Below are positions 9,801 through 20,100 of a stretch of DNA of 64,000 nt, in pieces (position 1 is the stretch's first letter; every line of letters starts with the position of its first letter). Both the position numbers and the translations under genes were made by a program. Under the pieces are notes generated by a model. That model was given only the letters and a program-made list of their open reading frames with translations, was not told where the DNA came from and did no database searches. Origin of the DNA: Candidatus Aminicenantes bacterium (GTDB lineage Bacteria; Acidobacteriota; Aminicenantia; Aminicenantales; Saccharicenantaceae); assembly GCA_963807525.1 (NCBI GenBank), contig CAWECI010000017.1:88578-152577 (forward strand), given 5' to 3'.

Positions 9801-10075
9801 TTTACCTGCAGCCGCTCACCCAGGACCATCTGCCGGCGTTCCGCGAGCTGGACTTCCGGGTCGAGAAGTCGTTCACCTTCGGCGCCGGACGCCTGGTCCT
9901 CATGGCCGACGTCTTCAACGTCTTCAACTCGGCCATCGTCAACAGGGCGTACGACGCGTACTACGGCACCTATTACGTCGATACGGATACGTTCGTGCCC
10001 AACGCCTACAACCGCGCATTCAATGAGATCCTGAACCCGCGGGTCTGGCGGTTCGGCCTGCGCTACGAGTTTTAG
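6854..10075 (+). CDS. TonB-dependent-receptor-like outer-membrane protein with N-terminal CarboxypepD_reg domain
   Basis: TTG start 5 nt after AGGAGG, with a signal peptide. The CarboxypepD_reg-like start is GQIRGRVVDKTGKPVAGVKVTL...DASGLFRFPAVFPGADY. The 1073-aa protein ends in a beta-barrel terminus, WRFGLRYEF. Confidence 0.85.
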   Translation: MKKAVLVILGLIFALSLSADVRTGQIRGRVVDKTGKPVAGVKVTLMRPQAASQTVATDASGLFRFPAVFPGADYSVQAEHPDYKTALRSNITVPMGGRVTVTVPLELGKPEETVKVTAATPAIDPTKFTAGAAFGATELQTLPTARSPWVIVPLAPGVMVDREDVGGSESIAQSSFVTRGDLSNGATNTWTLDGVNVSDPVDLGLAAVRFDFDAVDTLAITTGGAADVTQQTSGIAVNILTRRGGNKFAGQAHFYLTDHAFQSSNMTATLQAEGVRDTNRIQQIKDFGASAGGPIAKNHFWVWGSYGVQDIFNYTIYDTPDRAQFSDYSFKLNAEIFKGNRAEALFLSSSDERFGVNAGVSKPEGDHQTSRFSLGSPVFKFQDEQVLGRALYLSAKFTWMNSGTTLRPTVDEAMTNPVVFDVAEGLYVPFSSDFGRSWDHSQDIRANKGLEVTATLFKDNVLGMSHEIKGGLSFAHKKVTTGSGFPQNYEIFRDFTEPLIDFGEGLAVPTSEWQRFVLNREDRRIDLLGQSSAFLQDTIVKGRFALQLGLRYDEQRPTTGAYAVSTILSAWSNVFDSNTMTSLDTYFPPLSVNAVDSKYRWSTWSPRVALSWDLKGDGRTVLKLALAQYGNLLTPGANVTAPLGLAGNFNFWWTDTDADSIVDLTEVYWIYSALSATTPNQLYALFDSSGKITDAASAALVGGFTGDAYLAGNFSGYDWSDREAVNYDNVTTFYRSDVDANVKNIKTSPRTREVSLSLEKELRKDLVASIGATFRLYDNFDWAKMYYPADIYPSTPDLVIDNTTGPWYAVAGSIPQSITYTNSSDDEVTIDLGQAGGRSWYLPVSTFPGSTPYRMIDKSRAYRTYYGLDLGLTKRLADHWFMNASLTLQDQRAHLRDSYIDPTNVWAVDGQSYGNWGGSSGGKISALMFSRWLVKVSALYQLPWGFDVAATLHAREGWTVPHTITLAYANAESWPGLYRSTLVYLQPLTQDHLPAFRELDFRVEKSFTFGAGRLVLMADVFNVFNSAIVNRAYDAYYGTYYVDTDTFVPNAYNRAFNEILNPRVWRFGLRYEF

Positions 10076-10087
10076 GCGATCGGGAAA

Positions 10088-10115
10088 GGGACAGTCCCCG
10101 TCCGGGGACAGTCCC
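10088..10115. terminator. Bidirectional hairpin between convergent genes
   Basis: GGGACAGTCCCC (10088-10099) pairs with GGGGACAGTCCC (10104-10115) at 11 of 12 positions around a 4-nt loop. It is flanked by AAA and TATTT and touches the gatD stop codon. Confidence 0.55.
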
Positions 10116-11509
10116 TATTTCTTGATCTTGGAGATGAACTCTTCGACTTCCGGGATCCCGCCCTGGAAGATGAGATACCCGTTGGACGGCTCGCGCTCGG
10201 TGATCTCGCCGGCGATCGGCGTCAGCATGATCCGTCGCACCTCGTCGAGGTCGGTGGTCTGGCCCAGGGCCCAGGCCAGCTTGACGTAGGCCACCTCCGG
10301 CAGCATGTTGGCCGCCGGGATGACCCCGAGCTCCATCATGTCCCGGCCGGTGTCGTAGACGTACATCTGGACATAGCCCCAGAGCGTCTGCACGGTCATG
10401 TAGACGGCGATGCCCTTGTCCCGGGCCCGCTTGAGCGCCGGGTAGAGCGGCTTGTTGACGTGGCCGAGGCCGGTCCCGGCGATGATGATGCCCCGGTAGC
10501 CGTTGTCGATGAGCGAGTCGATGATGTCCGGCTTCATGTTCGGGTAGTAGTAGACGATGGAGACTTTCTCCTCGAAGGCCGTGTTGATCCGGACCGTCCG
10601 GTCGGACCGGCGGCGCTTGTAGTCCTGCCGCAGCGGCGTGATCTTCTCCCGGCTGACCATGGCGATGGGGATGTCGCCGATCGTGCGGAAGGTCGAGCGG
10701 TAGCTCGAGTGCATCTTGCGGACCCGCGTCCCCCGGTGGAGCAGGCCGTACGTGTCCGAGGTCGGGCCGAACATGCAGACCATGACCTCGGCGATGTCGC
10801 TTTCGGCCGCGGTCTTGACGCTGTGCATGAGGTTGAGCGCGGCGTCGGAGGACGGCCGGTCGGTCGACCGCTGGGAGCCGACCATGACGATGGGCACGGG
10901 CGAGTCCTGGACCATGAAGGACAGGATGGCCGCCGTGTGGTGCATGGTGTCCGTGCCGTGGCCGATGACGATGCCCTGGACGCCCTTCTCGATCTCGCGG
11001 CCGATGGCCTGGGCCGTGGCGATGTATTGCTCGGGGCCCATGTTCTCGCTGAAGACGCCGAAGAGCTTTTCGGTCTCGAGGTTGCAGATGTCGGCCAGCT
11101 CGGGCACCGAGCCGTAGAGCTCGCCCGGCGAGAAGGCCGGGATGACGGCGCCGGTGCGGTAATCGAGACGGCTGGCGATCGTGCCGCCCGTGCCGAGCAG
11201 CTTGACCTTGGGCTTGGCCGGGTCGTAGGGGAAGTCCTTCTCGGGGATCTTGTAGTGGGCCTCTTTGCGGCCGCTGATGGAGATCAGCTCGACCGACTTG
11301 GCGGCCAGGCCGATGTTGTAGCCGGAGCGGAGCTTGAGGACGATGTGCTGGGCGTCGGCCGTCTCCGAGCGCGGCAGGATGATCCCGGTGTAGGTGCCCC
11401 GGGAGGTCTTGATGTCGACGTCGCTCCAGACCATGGCCCCGAACGAGCGGAGCGTCTCCAGGGCCTCGCCCCGGTAGCCTTTGTAATCGTCGTTCGCGGC
11501 CATCAGCAT
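10115..11509 (-). CDS. gatD: Glutamyl-tRNA(Gln) amidotransferase subunit D (archaeal-type GatD)
   Basis: About 90-aa N-terminal extension followed by an asparaginase fold with LGTGGTIAS and IGHGTDTM motifs; 464 aa. The start (ATG 11509 or 11503) overlaps the gatE stop. Confidence 0.88.
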   Translation of the reverse strand: MLMAANDDYKGYRGEALETLRSFGAMVWSDVDIKTSRGTYTGIILPRSETADAQHIVLKLRSGYNIGLAAKSVELISISGRKEAHYKIPEKDFPYDPAKPKVKLLGTGGTIASRLDYRTGAVIPAFSPGELYGSVPELADICNLETEKLFGVFSENMGPEQYIATAQAIGREIEKGVQGIVIGHGTDTMHHTAAILSFMVQDSPVPIVMVGSQRSTDRPSSDAALNLMHSVKTAAESDIAEVMVCMFGPTSDTYGLLHRGTRVRKMHSSYRSTFRTIGDIPIAMVSREKITPLRQDYKRRRSDRTVRINTAFEEKVSIVYYYPNMKPDIIDSLIDNGYRGIIIAGTGLGHVNKPLYPALKRARDKGIAVYMTVQTLWGYVQMYVYDTGRDMMELGVIPAANMLPEVAYVKLAWALGQTTDLDEVRRIMLTPIAGEITEREPSNGYLIFQGGIPEVEEFISKIKK

Positions 11510-13431
11510 GTCCCTTCGGCCGCCGCCTCGACCCGCTCGCGGACGGCGGCGCCCTCGACCCGCCCCCGCAGGGCGGTCATGACCAGGCCCATGAGGACGT
11601 GGGCTTTCTTCGCCGGATCGTGGACCGTCATCAGCCGCAGCGCGCCGTTGGACTCCACGACCTGGCCATAGATCTCCTCGTCCGTCGCCGGGCGGATCTC
11701 GCCGGTCCCGGGCAGCGGCTCCCGCCGGGCGGCCGTTTCCATCAAGGCGAAAACGCCGTCGCGGGAGATCCTGCGGTCACGGTACAAAGCGAAGATGCGC
11801 CGGAGCGTCTCCTCGGTCAGGGCCGTGGCGTCCAGGCCCTTCCTCCTCAAGCGCTTGGGGAACTGGACGAGGGCCACCGCGGCGGCCACCGGCGCGATCC
11901 CCCAATCCTTGACCAGCGTCTCGAATAGGCCGGCTCGACAGGAGACGGCCAGCGGCTCGACGACATCGGCCGGCAGGCCGAGCTCCTTGTACCAGGCTTC
12001 GCGCGTCCAGACCGGCGCGGGCAGGCCCTGGCGGATGCGGGCCAGGCGCTCCTCGGTGACCTGCTTCGGCGGCAGGTCGGTGTCGGGGTACATGCGGTCG
12101 GGCCCGGGCAGGATGCGCTCGAAGCCGTTGGTGCCGTCGCGCAGGGCCTGGCGGGTCTCGGAGGGGACGCCGATCGTGGCTTCGCGGGCCCGGATGGCGA
12201 TCTCCTGGACGGCCGTCTTGACATCCTCGGCCGGGCCCCAGACGACGACCACGACGTCGTCGGTTGTCGCCTGGACGGCCTTGCATACGGAGTCCCACCG
12301 CGAGCTCGACAGGGTCTCCGAAAGGCTGTCGGAATGGATGATGTTCGGGAGCTTCGTCAGGCAGGCGACGACGCGGACCCGGTCGGAGATCTCCCGCGAG
12401 AAGCGGGTGTTCGTCTGGGTCTGCCAGTTGAGCAGGTCGCGGAAGCCGCGGAGGACGACCGCCGCGGCGACGGCGCCGGCGGCCAGGGCGTCGCGGATCG
12501 GCTCGTAGCTCGTCTTGGCCAGGATCCGGGTCACGTCCTCGGATCCGGACCGGAAGGTCTCGGCCGTGAGGCCCCGGCGGTGCAGCTCCTCGCGCAGCCG
12601 GAGAAGGTTCCATTGCCGCATGGCCTCGAAATAGGTCAGCAGCGGGATGCGGGGGATGCGGGGCACGCCCTTGATCTCGATGCGGGTGCCGCCGCGCACA
12701 CTGACGTTGACGTCCTCGCGGGCGGCGCCCATGCCGGTCCGGACCTGGCCGGTGCTGCGGACGAGGCGGCGCAGGATCTGGGCCACGTCGGCCACCTCCA
12801 GGGGCGTGCGCATGTCGGGCCCGGTCACGGTCTCGATGAGAGGCATGCCCAGGCGGTCGGTCAGGTAGATGCGCCGGTGGCCGATATCGCTGACCTCGCG
12901 GCAGGCGTCCTCCTCGAGGCCGAGCTGGACGATGGAGATGCGGCGGTCGCGGTAAGGGACCCAGCCGTTGACGCCGACGATGGTCGTCCGCTGGAACCCG
13001 GTCGGGATGCTGCCGTCGAGGTACTGCTTGCGGGCGATATGGAGCTCGTCGACGAGGTTGAGGCCGTAGAGCATGGCCACGCCGAGGGCGATATCGAGGG
13101 CCTGCTCGTCGATCATGAACGGCGGCGTGTCGTCCATCTCATAGGTGCAGACCGTCTCCCGGTTGATCCGGTAGATGATCTCCTTCCTGGTCTTGAACTC
13201 CATCAGGGCCGTGCCGTCGTACTCGCCGAGCTCCGACAGGGTCGGCCGCATGTGGCGGAGGATCTCGGCGTCGTACCTGTCGCTGTAGCGGCCGGCCGGG
13301 CAGCGGCAGAAGAGCTTTTTCTCGGTCAGGAGCTGCTGATGGATCTCCAGGCCGGAGCGGAAGCCGACCTCGGCGTAGTCGGCGGCGGTCATCTCGGCGT
13401 AGGGCTTGAACTGGAAATCGTATTCGCTCAT
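11503..13431 (-). CDS. gatE: Glutamyl-tRNA(Gln) amidotransferase subunit E (archaeal-type GatE)
   Basis: Motifs GLEIHQQLLTEKKLFCRCP, RPTLSELGEYDGTALMEF, TYEMDDTPPF and GFQRTTIVG. The roughly 642-aa length includes an insertion domain and a C-terminal tail, longer than the about 480-aa bacterial GatB. Start set at ATG 13431 (MSEYDF). Confidence 0.88.
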   Translation of the reverse strand: MSEYDFQFKPYAEMTAADYAEVGFRSGLEIHQQLLTEKKLFCRCPAGRYSDRYDAEILRHMRPTLSELGEYDGTALMEFKTRKEIIYRINRETVCTYEMDDTPPFMIDEQALDIALGVAMLYGLNLVDELHIARKQYLDGSIPTGFQRTTIVGVNGWVPYRDRRISIVQLGLEEDACREVSDIGHRRIYLTDRLGMPLIETVTGPDMRTPLEVADVAQILRRLVRSTGQVRTGMGAAREDVNVSVRGGTRIEIKGVPRIPRIPLLTYFEAMRQWNLLRLREELHRRGLTAETFRSGSEDVTRILAKTSYEPIRDALAAGAVAAAVVLRGFRDLLNWQTQTNTRFSREISDRVRVVACLTKLPNIIHSDSLSETLSSSRWDSVCKAVQATTDDVVVVVWGPAEDVKTAVQEIAIRAREATIGVPSETRQALRDGTNGFERILPGPDRMYPDTDLPPKQVTEERLARIRQGLPAPVWTREAWYKELGLPADVVEPLAVSCRAGLFETLVKDWGIAPVAAAVALVQFPKRLRRKGLDATALTEETLRRIFALYRDRRISRDGVFALMETAARREPLPGTGEIRPATDEEIYGQVVESNGALRLMTVHDPAKKAHVLMGLVMTALRGRVEGAAVRERVEAAAEGTC

Positions 13432-13462
13432 GGACCGGTCCGTCCCCGGGGACAGAAGGAGC

Positions 13463-13471
13463 ATTATAGCA
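13463..13471 (-). promoter_or_regulatory. Extended -10 element TGCTATAAT upstream of gatE
   Basis: The minus-strand sequence TGCTATAAT lies 31 nt upstream of ATG 13431. No good -35 is visible. Confidence 0.35.
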
Positions 13472-13482
13472 CAAAAACGGGG

Positions 13483-13510
13483 TTGCTTTTTGGCCGGACT
13501 TGTGTAAAAT
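13483..13510 (+). promoter_or_regulatory. Sigma70-like promoter TTGCTT-N16-TAAAAT for hppA
   Basis: -35 at 13483-13488 and -10 at 13505-13510. An about 79-nt leader with an AGAGGAG SD precedes ATG 13590. Confidence 0.35.
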
Positions 13511-13589
13511 AAGCCCTTTCCCGGGCGTCAGGGGGCCCTTTCGACCGTCCCCGAGGCGCCTCTCCATTCCGCTCTTCAGAGGAGTCGAC

Positions 13590-15911
<2,322 letters not shown>

Positions 15912-15944
15912 TTCGGAACGAACCGCTTTCTTAGGATATTTCTC

Positions 15945-15979
15945 AGAAGTGCGGCTCCGAGTCGCTCTGCCGCACTTCT
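15945..15979. terminator. Hairpin (11-bp perfect stem, 13-nt loop) between convergent hppA and DUF1700 genes; part of repeat copy E5
   Basis: AGAAGTGCGGC (15945-15955) pairs with GCCGCACTTCT (15969-15979). The loop carries the conserved CGGCTCCGAGTCGCTC core. Confidence 0.5.
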
Positions 15980-16009
15980 AATGGTCCGTTCCGAGGACTC
16001 CGCTCCCCG

Positions 16010-16678
16010 CTAGACGGCCCGGCGCTGCCGCCAGGTCTTGATCTTCCCGACCAGGAACCGGAAGACGAACCGTATCCCCCTCATCAGCCGCGTGCCCAGC
16101 CACAGCATCCCGAGGCCGACCGCCGCCACGATCAGGGCTCCGACAATGTAGATGACGATGTTCAAGGTCGGGTCGGAGACGAGCGGGTAGATGTTCACGT
16201 AGGGATCGAGGAAGCCGGGCTTGAAGATCCGGATGGCCAGGACGAACGCGCTCAGCCAGCCGGCCAGGATCAGGCTGAAAGCGACGACGTAGAAGGCCAG
16301 GACGAGGGCGAGGAGGCCGATGAAGATCCCGACCGCGGCGCCCAGGCCGCCCAGGCCGAGGGGGACGCCGAAGAAGGCGATGAGCGCGCCGGCCAGGATC
16401 AGGAAGGGCAGCTTCCGCTTCTTGCCGAGCGTGACCATGGCCCCGGGCAGGCGCGAGGAGATGACGGCGGACGGCTCGCCCAGCTTGTCGAGCACGTGGA
16501 GGATCCGGGTCACTTCGTCGGGCGTGGGGTCAGCGCGAAAGGATTCGTAGATGTGGGAGTGGATCTCCCGGACCATCTCGTCCTGGTCTTTGGCGGGAAT
16601 GCCCCGGAGGCCCTTGCGCAGGCGCCCGAGGTAGTTGTCGACGATCTGGGCCACCGGCCCGCTGAAACCGTTAGACAT
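16010..16678 (-). CDS. DUF1700/HAAS-type membrane protein (PadR-associated sensor module)
   Basis: N-terminal soluble helix bundle (VDNYLGRLRKGL...DEMVREIHSHIYESF) followed by several TM helices. Its start overlaps the padR stop. Confidence 0.7.
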   Translation of the reverse strand: MSNGFSGPVAQIVDNYLGRLRKGLRGIPAKDQDEMVREIHSHIYESFRADPTPDEVTRILHVLDKLGEPSAVISSRLPGAMVTLGKKRKLPFLILAGALIAFFGVPLGLGGLGAAVGIFIGLLALVLAFYVVAFSLILAGWLSAFVLAIRIFKPGFLDPYVNIYPLVSDPTLNIVIYIVGALIVAAVGLGMLWLGTRLMRGIRFVFRFLVGKIKTWRQRRAV

Positions 16679-17060
16679 TGTCCTTCTCCTTGATGACGTC
16701 GATCACGGCCAGCCCGCCGTCCCGGTCGCCGGGCCCGGCGGCGGTCCGGGAATTGGCCACGATGGCGGCCAGCTTGCGGAACTCCTCATCGAGAACGCGG
16801 AAGGCATCCTCTCCTTTGGGCGTAAGGGTGTAATACTTGCGGGGCGGGCCCTGGCTCGATTCCACCCATTCGGAGCGGACCAGCCCTTCCTTGGCCAGCC
16901 GGCCGAGGATGGGGTAGATCGTGCCTTCGGTCAAGTCGATCTCCGACTGGCCGGCGATCGTTCTGACGAGGGAATACCCATAATGGCGCCCCCTCGAAAG
17001 ACATCCCAGGATGGCCAACTCGAGGATGCCCTTTCTCAATTGAGTCGTTTTGTTTTCCAT
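16671..17060 (-). CDS. PadR-family transcriptional regulator
   Basis: Winged-helix PadR pattern LRKGILELAILGCLSRGRHYGYSLVRTI...TEGTIYPILGRLAKEGLVRSEW...PRKYYTLTPKG. Start set at ATG 17060 (MENK). Confidence 0.88.
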   Translation of the reverse strand: MENKTTQLRKGILELAILGCLSRGRHYGYSLVRTIAGQSEIDLTEGTIYPILGRLAKEGLVRSEWVESSQGPPRKYYTLTPKGEDAFRVLDEEFRKLAAIVANSRTAAGPGDRDGGLAVIDVIKEKDNV

Positions 17061-17117
17061 GTTATAACCAGATACAATGTAATACATAGTAGTATGCTTG
17101 TCAAGTTATTTCTTTGA

Positions 17118-17180
17118 AAATGGGGACATGATACCTATTTCCCTATAAAAAATGGGAAACGGGTATCATGTCCCCCATTT
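17118..17180. repeat. AT-rich palindrome of the AAATGGGGAC family in the padR / glycosidase divergent promoter region
   Basis: AAATGGGGACATGATACC (17118-17135) pairs with GGTATCATGTCCCCCATTT (17162-17180), with one extra C in the second arm. An inner stem TTTCCC/GGGAAA surrounds the loop TATAAAAAAT. The element ends 15 nt before ATG 17196. Confidence 0.8.
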
Positions 17181-17195
17181 AGAAAGGCAAAGACG

Positions 17196-20100
17196 ATGAA
17201 GAAAGCCGCCCTAGTCCTTTTGATCGTCGGCACGGCCGCGGCGGCGACCGTCGCGGGGGCGTCCACGGCTGACCCGATCAAGTTAGGAGTCGGGAGCTGG
17301 GACCCGGAATCGGGGCTCGGCTATCACCGGGCTGTCGTCCGCGTCGAAGCGCCGGTGCCGGCGGCCATCAAGCCCGCAGCCGTCCGGGCCGTCATCCCCT
17401 GGCGGCGCCGCGATCCCGAGCCGGAAAAGAAGAACCTCATCGTCGTCGATGCCGCGACCGGCGGGAAGATCACGAACGTCGTAGCCTTGACCATGAACCG
17501 GGAGCTCGGCGATATCGTCTTCGAGCCGAAGACGGTGCCCGGCGACTATTACGTCTACTACATGCCCTACAAGTCCGAGGGCCGCAAGAACTACCCCAAC
17601 GTCAAGTACGATCCGCCGCAGCCGACCGCCGACCCGGCCTGGCTCTCGGCGAACGGTCTGGGCCAAACCCCGTCATCGCCCGTCCCGGCCGGAGCCTGGC
17701 CGCGGGCCGCGTTCGTCGAGCTGCAGTCGGCCGACGATTTCGGCGCGTTCACGCCGATGGAGCTCATCGCCACGGCCGAGGAAACGAAGGCCCTGCTGGC
17801 CGCCCATCCCGGCTCCGCTTATCTCATCTTCCCGGAGGACCGGACGCGGTCGATCCGGATGACCGACGATCTGCCCGTCCGTTGGGCGGTCGCGGGACCG
17901 GCCGGCACCGTGAAGGGCGAGGCGGCGCGCGGCGAATACTTTGCGTTCCAGCTCGGTCTCTTGGCGGCCCGGCAGGATATCGCGGACGTCGAGGTCCGGT
18001 TCTCGGATCTGGCCAAGGACGCCGCGCCCGGCGCCGGCCCATCGGCGGCTTCGACGGCGATCATCCCGGCCAAGGCCATGAATTGCCTGAACAAGGGCGG
18101 GACCGGTTGGGATGGCCTCCCGGTCCGCAAGACCGTCCCCGTCGTCAAGGGCCAGGTCCAGGCCCTTTGGTGCGGCATCCAAGTCCCGCCGGAGACGGCG
18201 CCGGGGCTGTACAAAGGCACGGTCGCCGTCGCGCCGGCCGGCCTGCCGGAGACCATCCTGTCCGTGGAGCTCAGCGTCGGCGATCAAGTTCTCAGGGACG
18301 GCGGCGACGCCGATCCGTTCCGCCTGACCCGCCTTCGCTGGCTCGATTCGACGCTGGCCCAGGACGATGGCCTGGTCCCTCCTTACACGCCGGTCACGGT
18401 CGACCGTTTCAAGGTCGGTTGCCTCGGCCGGTCCCTGGCGATCGGGCGGGACGGGCTGCCGGCCCGCATCCAGAGCTTCTTCGCCCCCGAGATGACCCGG
18501 CTCCGGGCCGAGCCTGTCGACGTGATCGCGGCCCCGATCCGGCTGGTCGTGATCGGCGAGGACGGCCGCGAGATGGCCTGGAAGCCGAGCCTCACGGGCC
18601 CGCGGCTCGGCCGGCGCGGCCAGGGGGCGGTGTATTGGGAGGCCGACAACTGCAACGGCGACTTCCTCATGAGGGTCGAGGCCCGCATGGAGTTCGACGG
18701 TTTCGTGGACTACAAGGTCGCCATCACGGCCCGGCGCGACCTCGCGGTCTCGGACATCCGGCTCGAGGTCCCCTGGAGCGGAAAGGCCGCCCGCTTCATG
18801 ATGGGTCTGGGCTTCAAGGGCGGGCTCCGGCCGGAGTCCTTCGATTGGACCTGGGATCAGAAGAAGAACCAGGACGCCCTTTGGATCGGCGCGGTCAACG
18901 CCGGGATGCAGGTCGGGCTGCGGGCCGAGAACTATTCGCGCCCGCTCAACACGAACTTCTACCTCTCGAAGCCGCTGAACATGCCGCCCTCGTGGTGGAA
19001 CGACGGCCGGGGCCGCGTGAGCGTCCGGAGCGCGGCCGGCGGCGCGGCCGTCATGACCGCCGCCTCGGGCGGGCGTTCCGTGCGCCTCGGCCAGGTCCTC
19101 CACTTCGACTTCACGCTTCTCCTCACGCCCTTCAAGCCGATCGATCCGGCCGCACATTTCCGCGAGCGATATTTCCACGCCTTCGAGCCGCTGGACAAAG
19201 TGGCGGCGAGCGGGGCCAACGTCATCAACGTCCATCACGCCAACCCCATCAACCCCTATATCAACTACCCGTTCCTGCGCGCCGCCGAGATGAAGGCCTA
19301 TATCGACGACGCCCACCGGCGGGGCTTCAAGGTCAAGATCTACGATACCGTCCGCGAGCTCTCCAACCACGCCCCCGAGCTCTTCGCCCTGCGCAGCCTG
19401 GGCCATGAGATCTTTTCGCCTGGGCCGGGCGGCGGCTACTCCTGGCTCCAGGAGCACCTCGGCCGCGATTATATCGCCGCCTGGTTCGTGCCCGACCTCA
19501 AGGACGCGGCCGTGATCAACAGCGGGATGTCGCGCTGGCACAACTACTACATCGAGGGCCTCGACTGGCTGGCCCGGAACGTCGGCATCGACGGTCTCTA
19601 TCTCGACGATGTCGCCTTCGACCGGACGACCATGAAACGGGTCCGCAAGGTCCTTGACCGCAACCGGCCGGGCGCGCTCATCGACCTCCACAGCGCCAAC
19701 CAGTACAACGTGCGGGACGGCTTCGCCTCGAGCGCCAACCTCTATCTCGAGCATTTTCCGTTCCTCAACCGGCTCTGGTTCGGCGAGTACTTCGACTACA
19801 ACGGCAGCGGGCCGGATTACTGGCTGGTCGAGATGTCGGGGCTGCCCTTCGGGCTCATGGGCGAAATGCTCCAGGACGGCGGCAACCCCTGGCGGGGCAT
19901 GGTCTTCGGCATGACGGCGCGCCTGCCGTGGGCCGGCGATCCCCGGCCGCTTTGGAAGGTTTGGGACGAGTTCGGGATCTCCGCGAGCGAGATGATCGGG
20001 TGGTGGGTCGAGACGAGTCCGGTCAAGACGGGGACGCAGGACGTCCTGGCGACCGTGTACACCCGGAAAACGGACGGCCAGGGCGGCCGGCCGTCGGCGC

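Noticed and set aside
6896-9829. Very long ORFs antisense to, or out of frame with, recognised genes. Examples: 6896..9829 (977 aa), 5140..7023, 17673..19754, 22882..24714, 31169..33298, 33295..34758, 45376..47376, 47721..49739, 53428..55671, 55598..57679, and the many Arg/Pro/Gly-rich ORFs in the track.
   Set aside because: They are typical stop-poor shadow frames of G+C-rich DNA. Their products are low-complexity (R/G/P/A/D-rich) with no motifs. In each case the opposite or alternative frame encodes a protein with clear family signatures.
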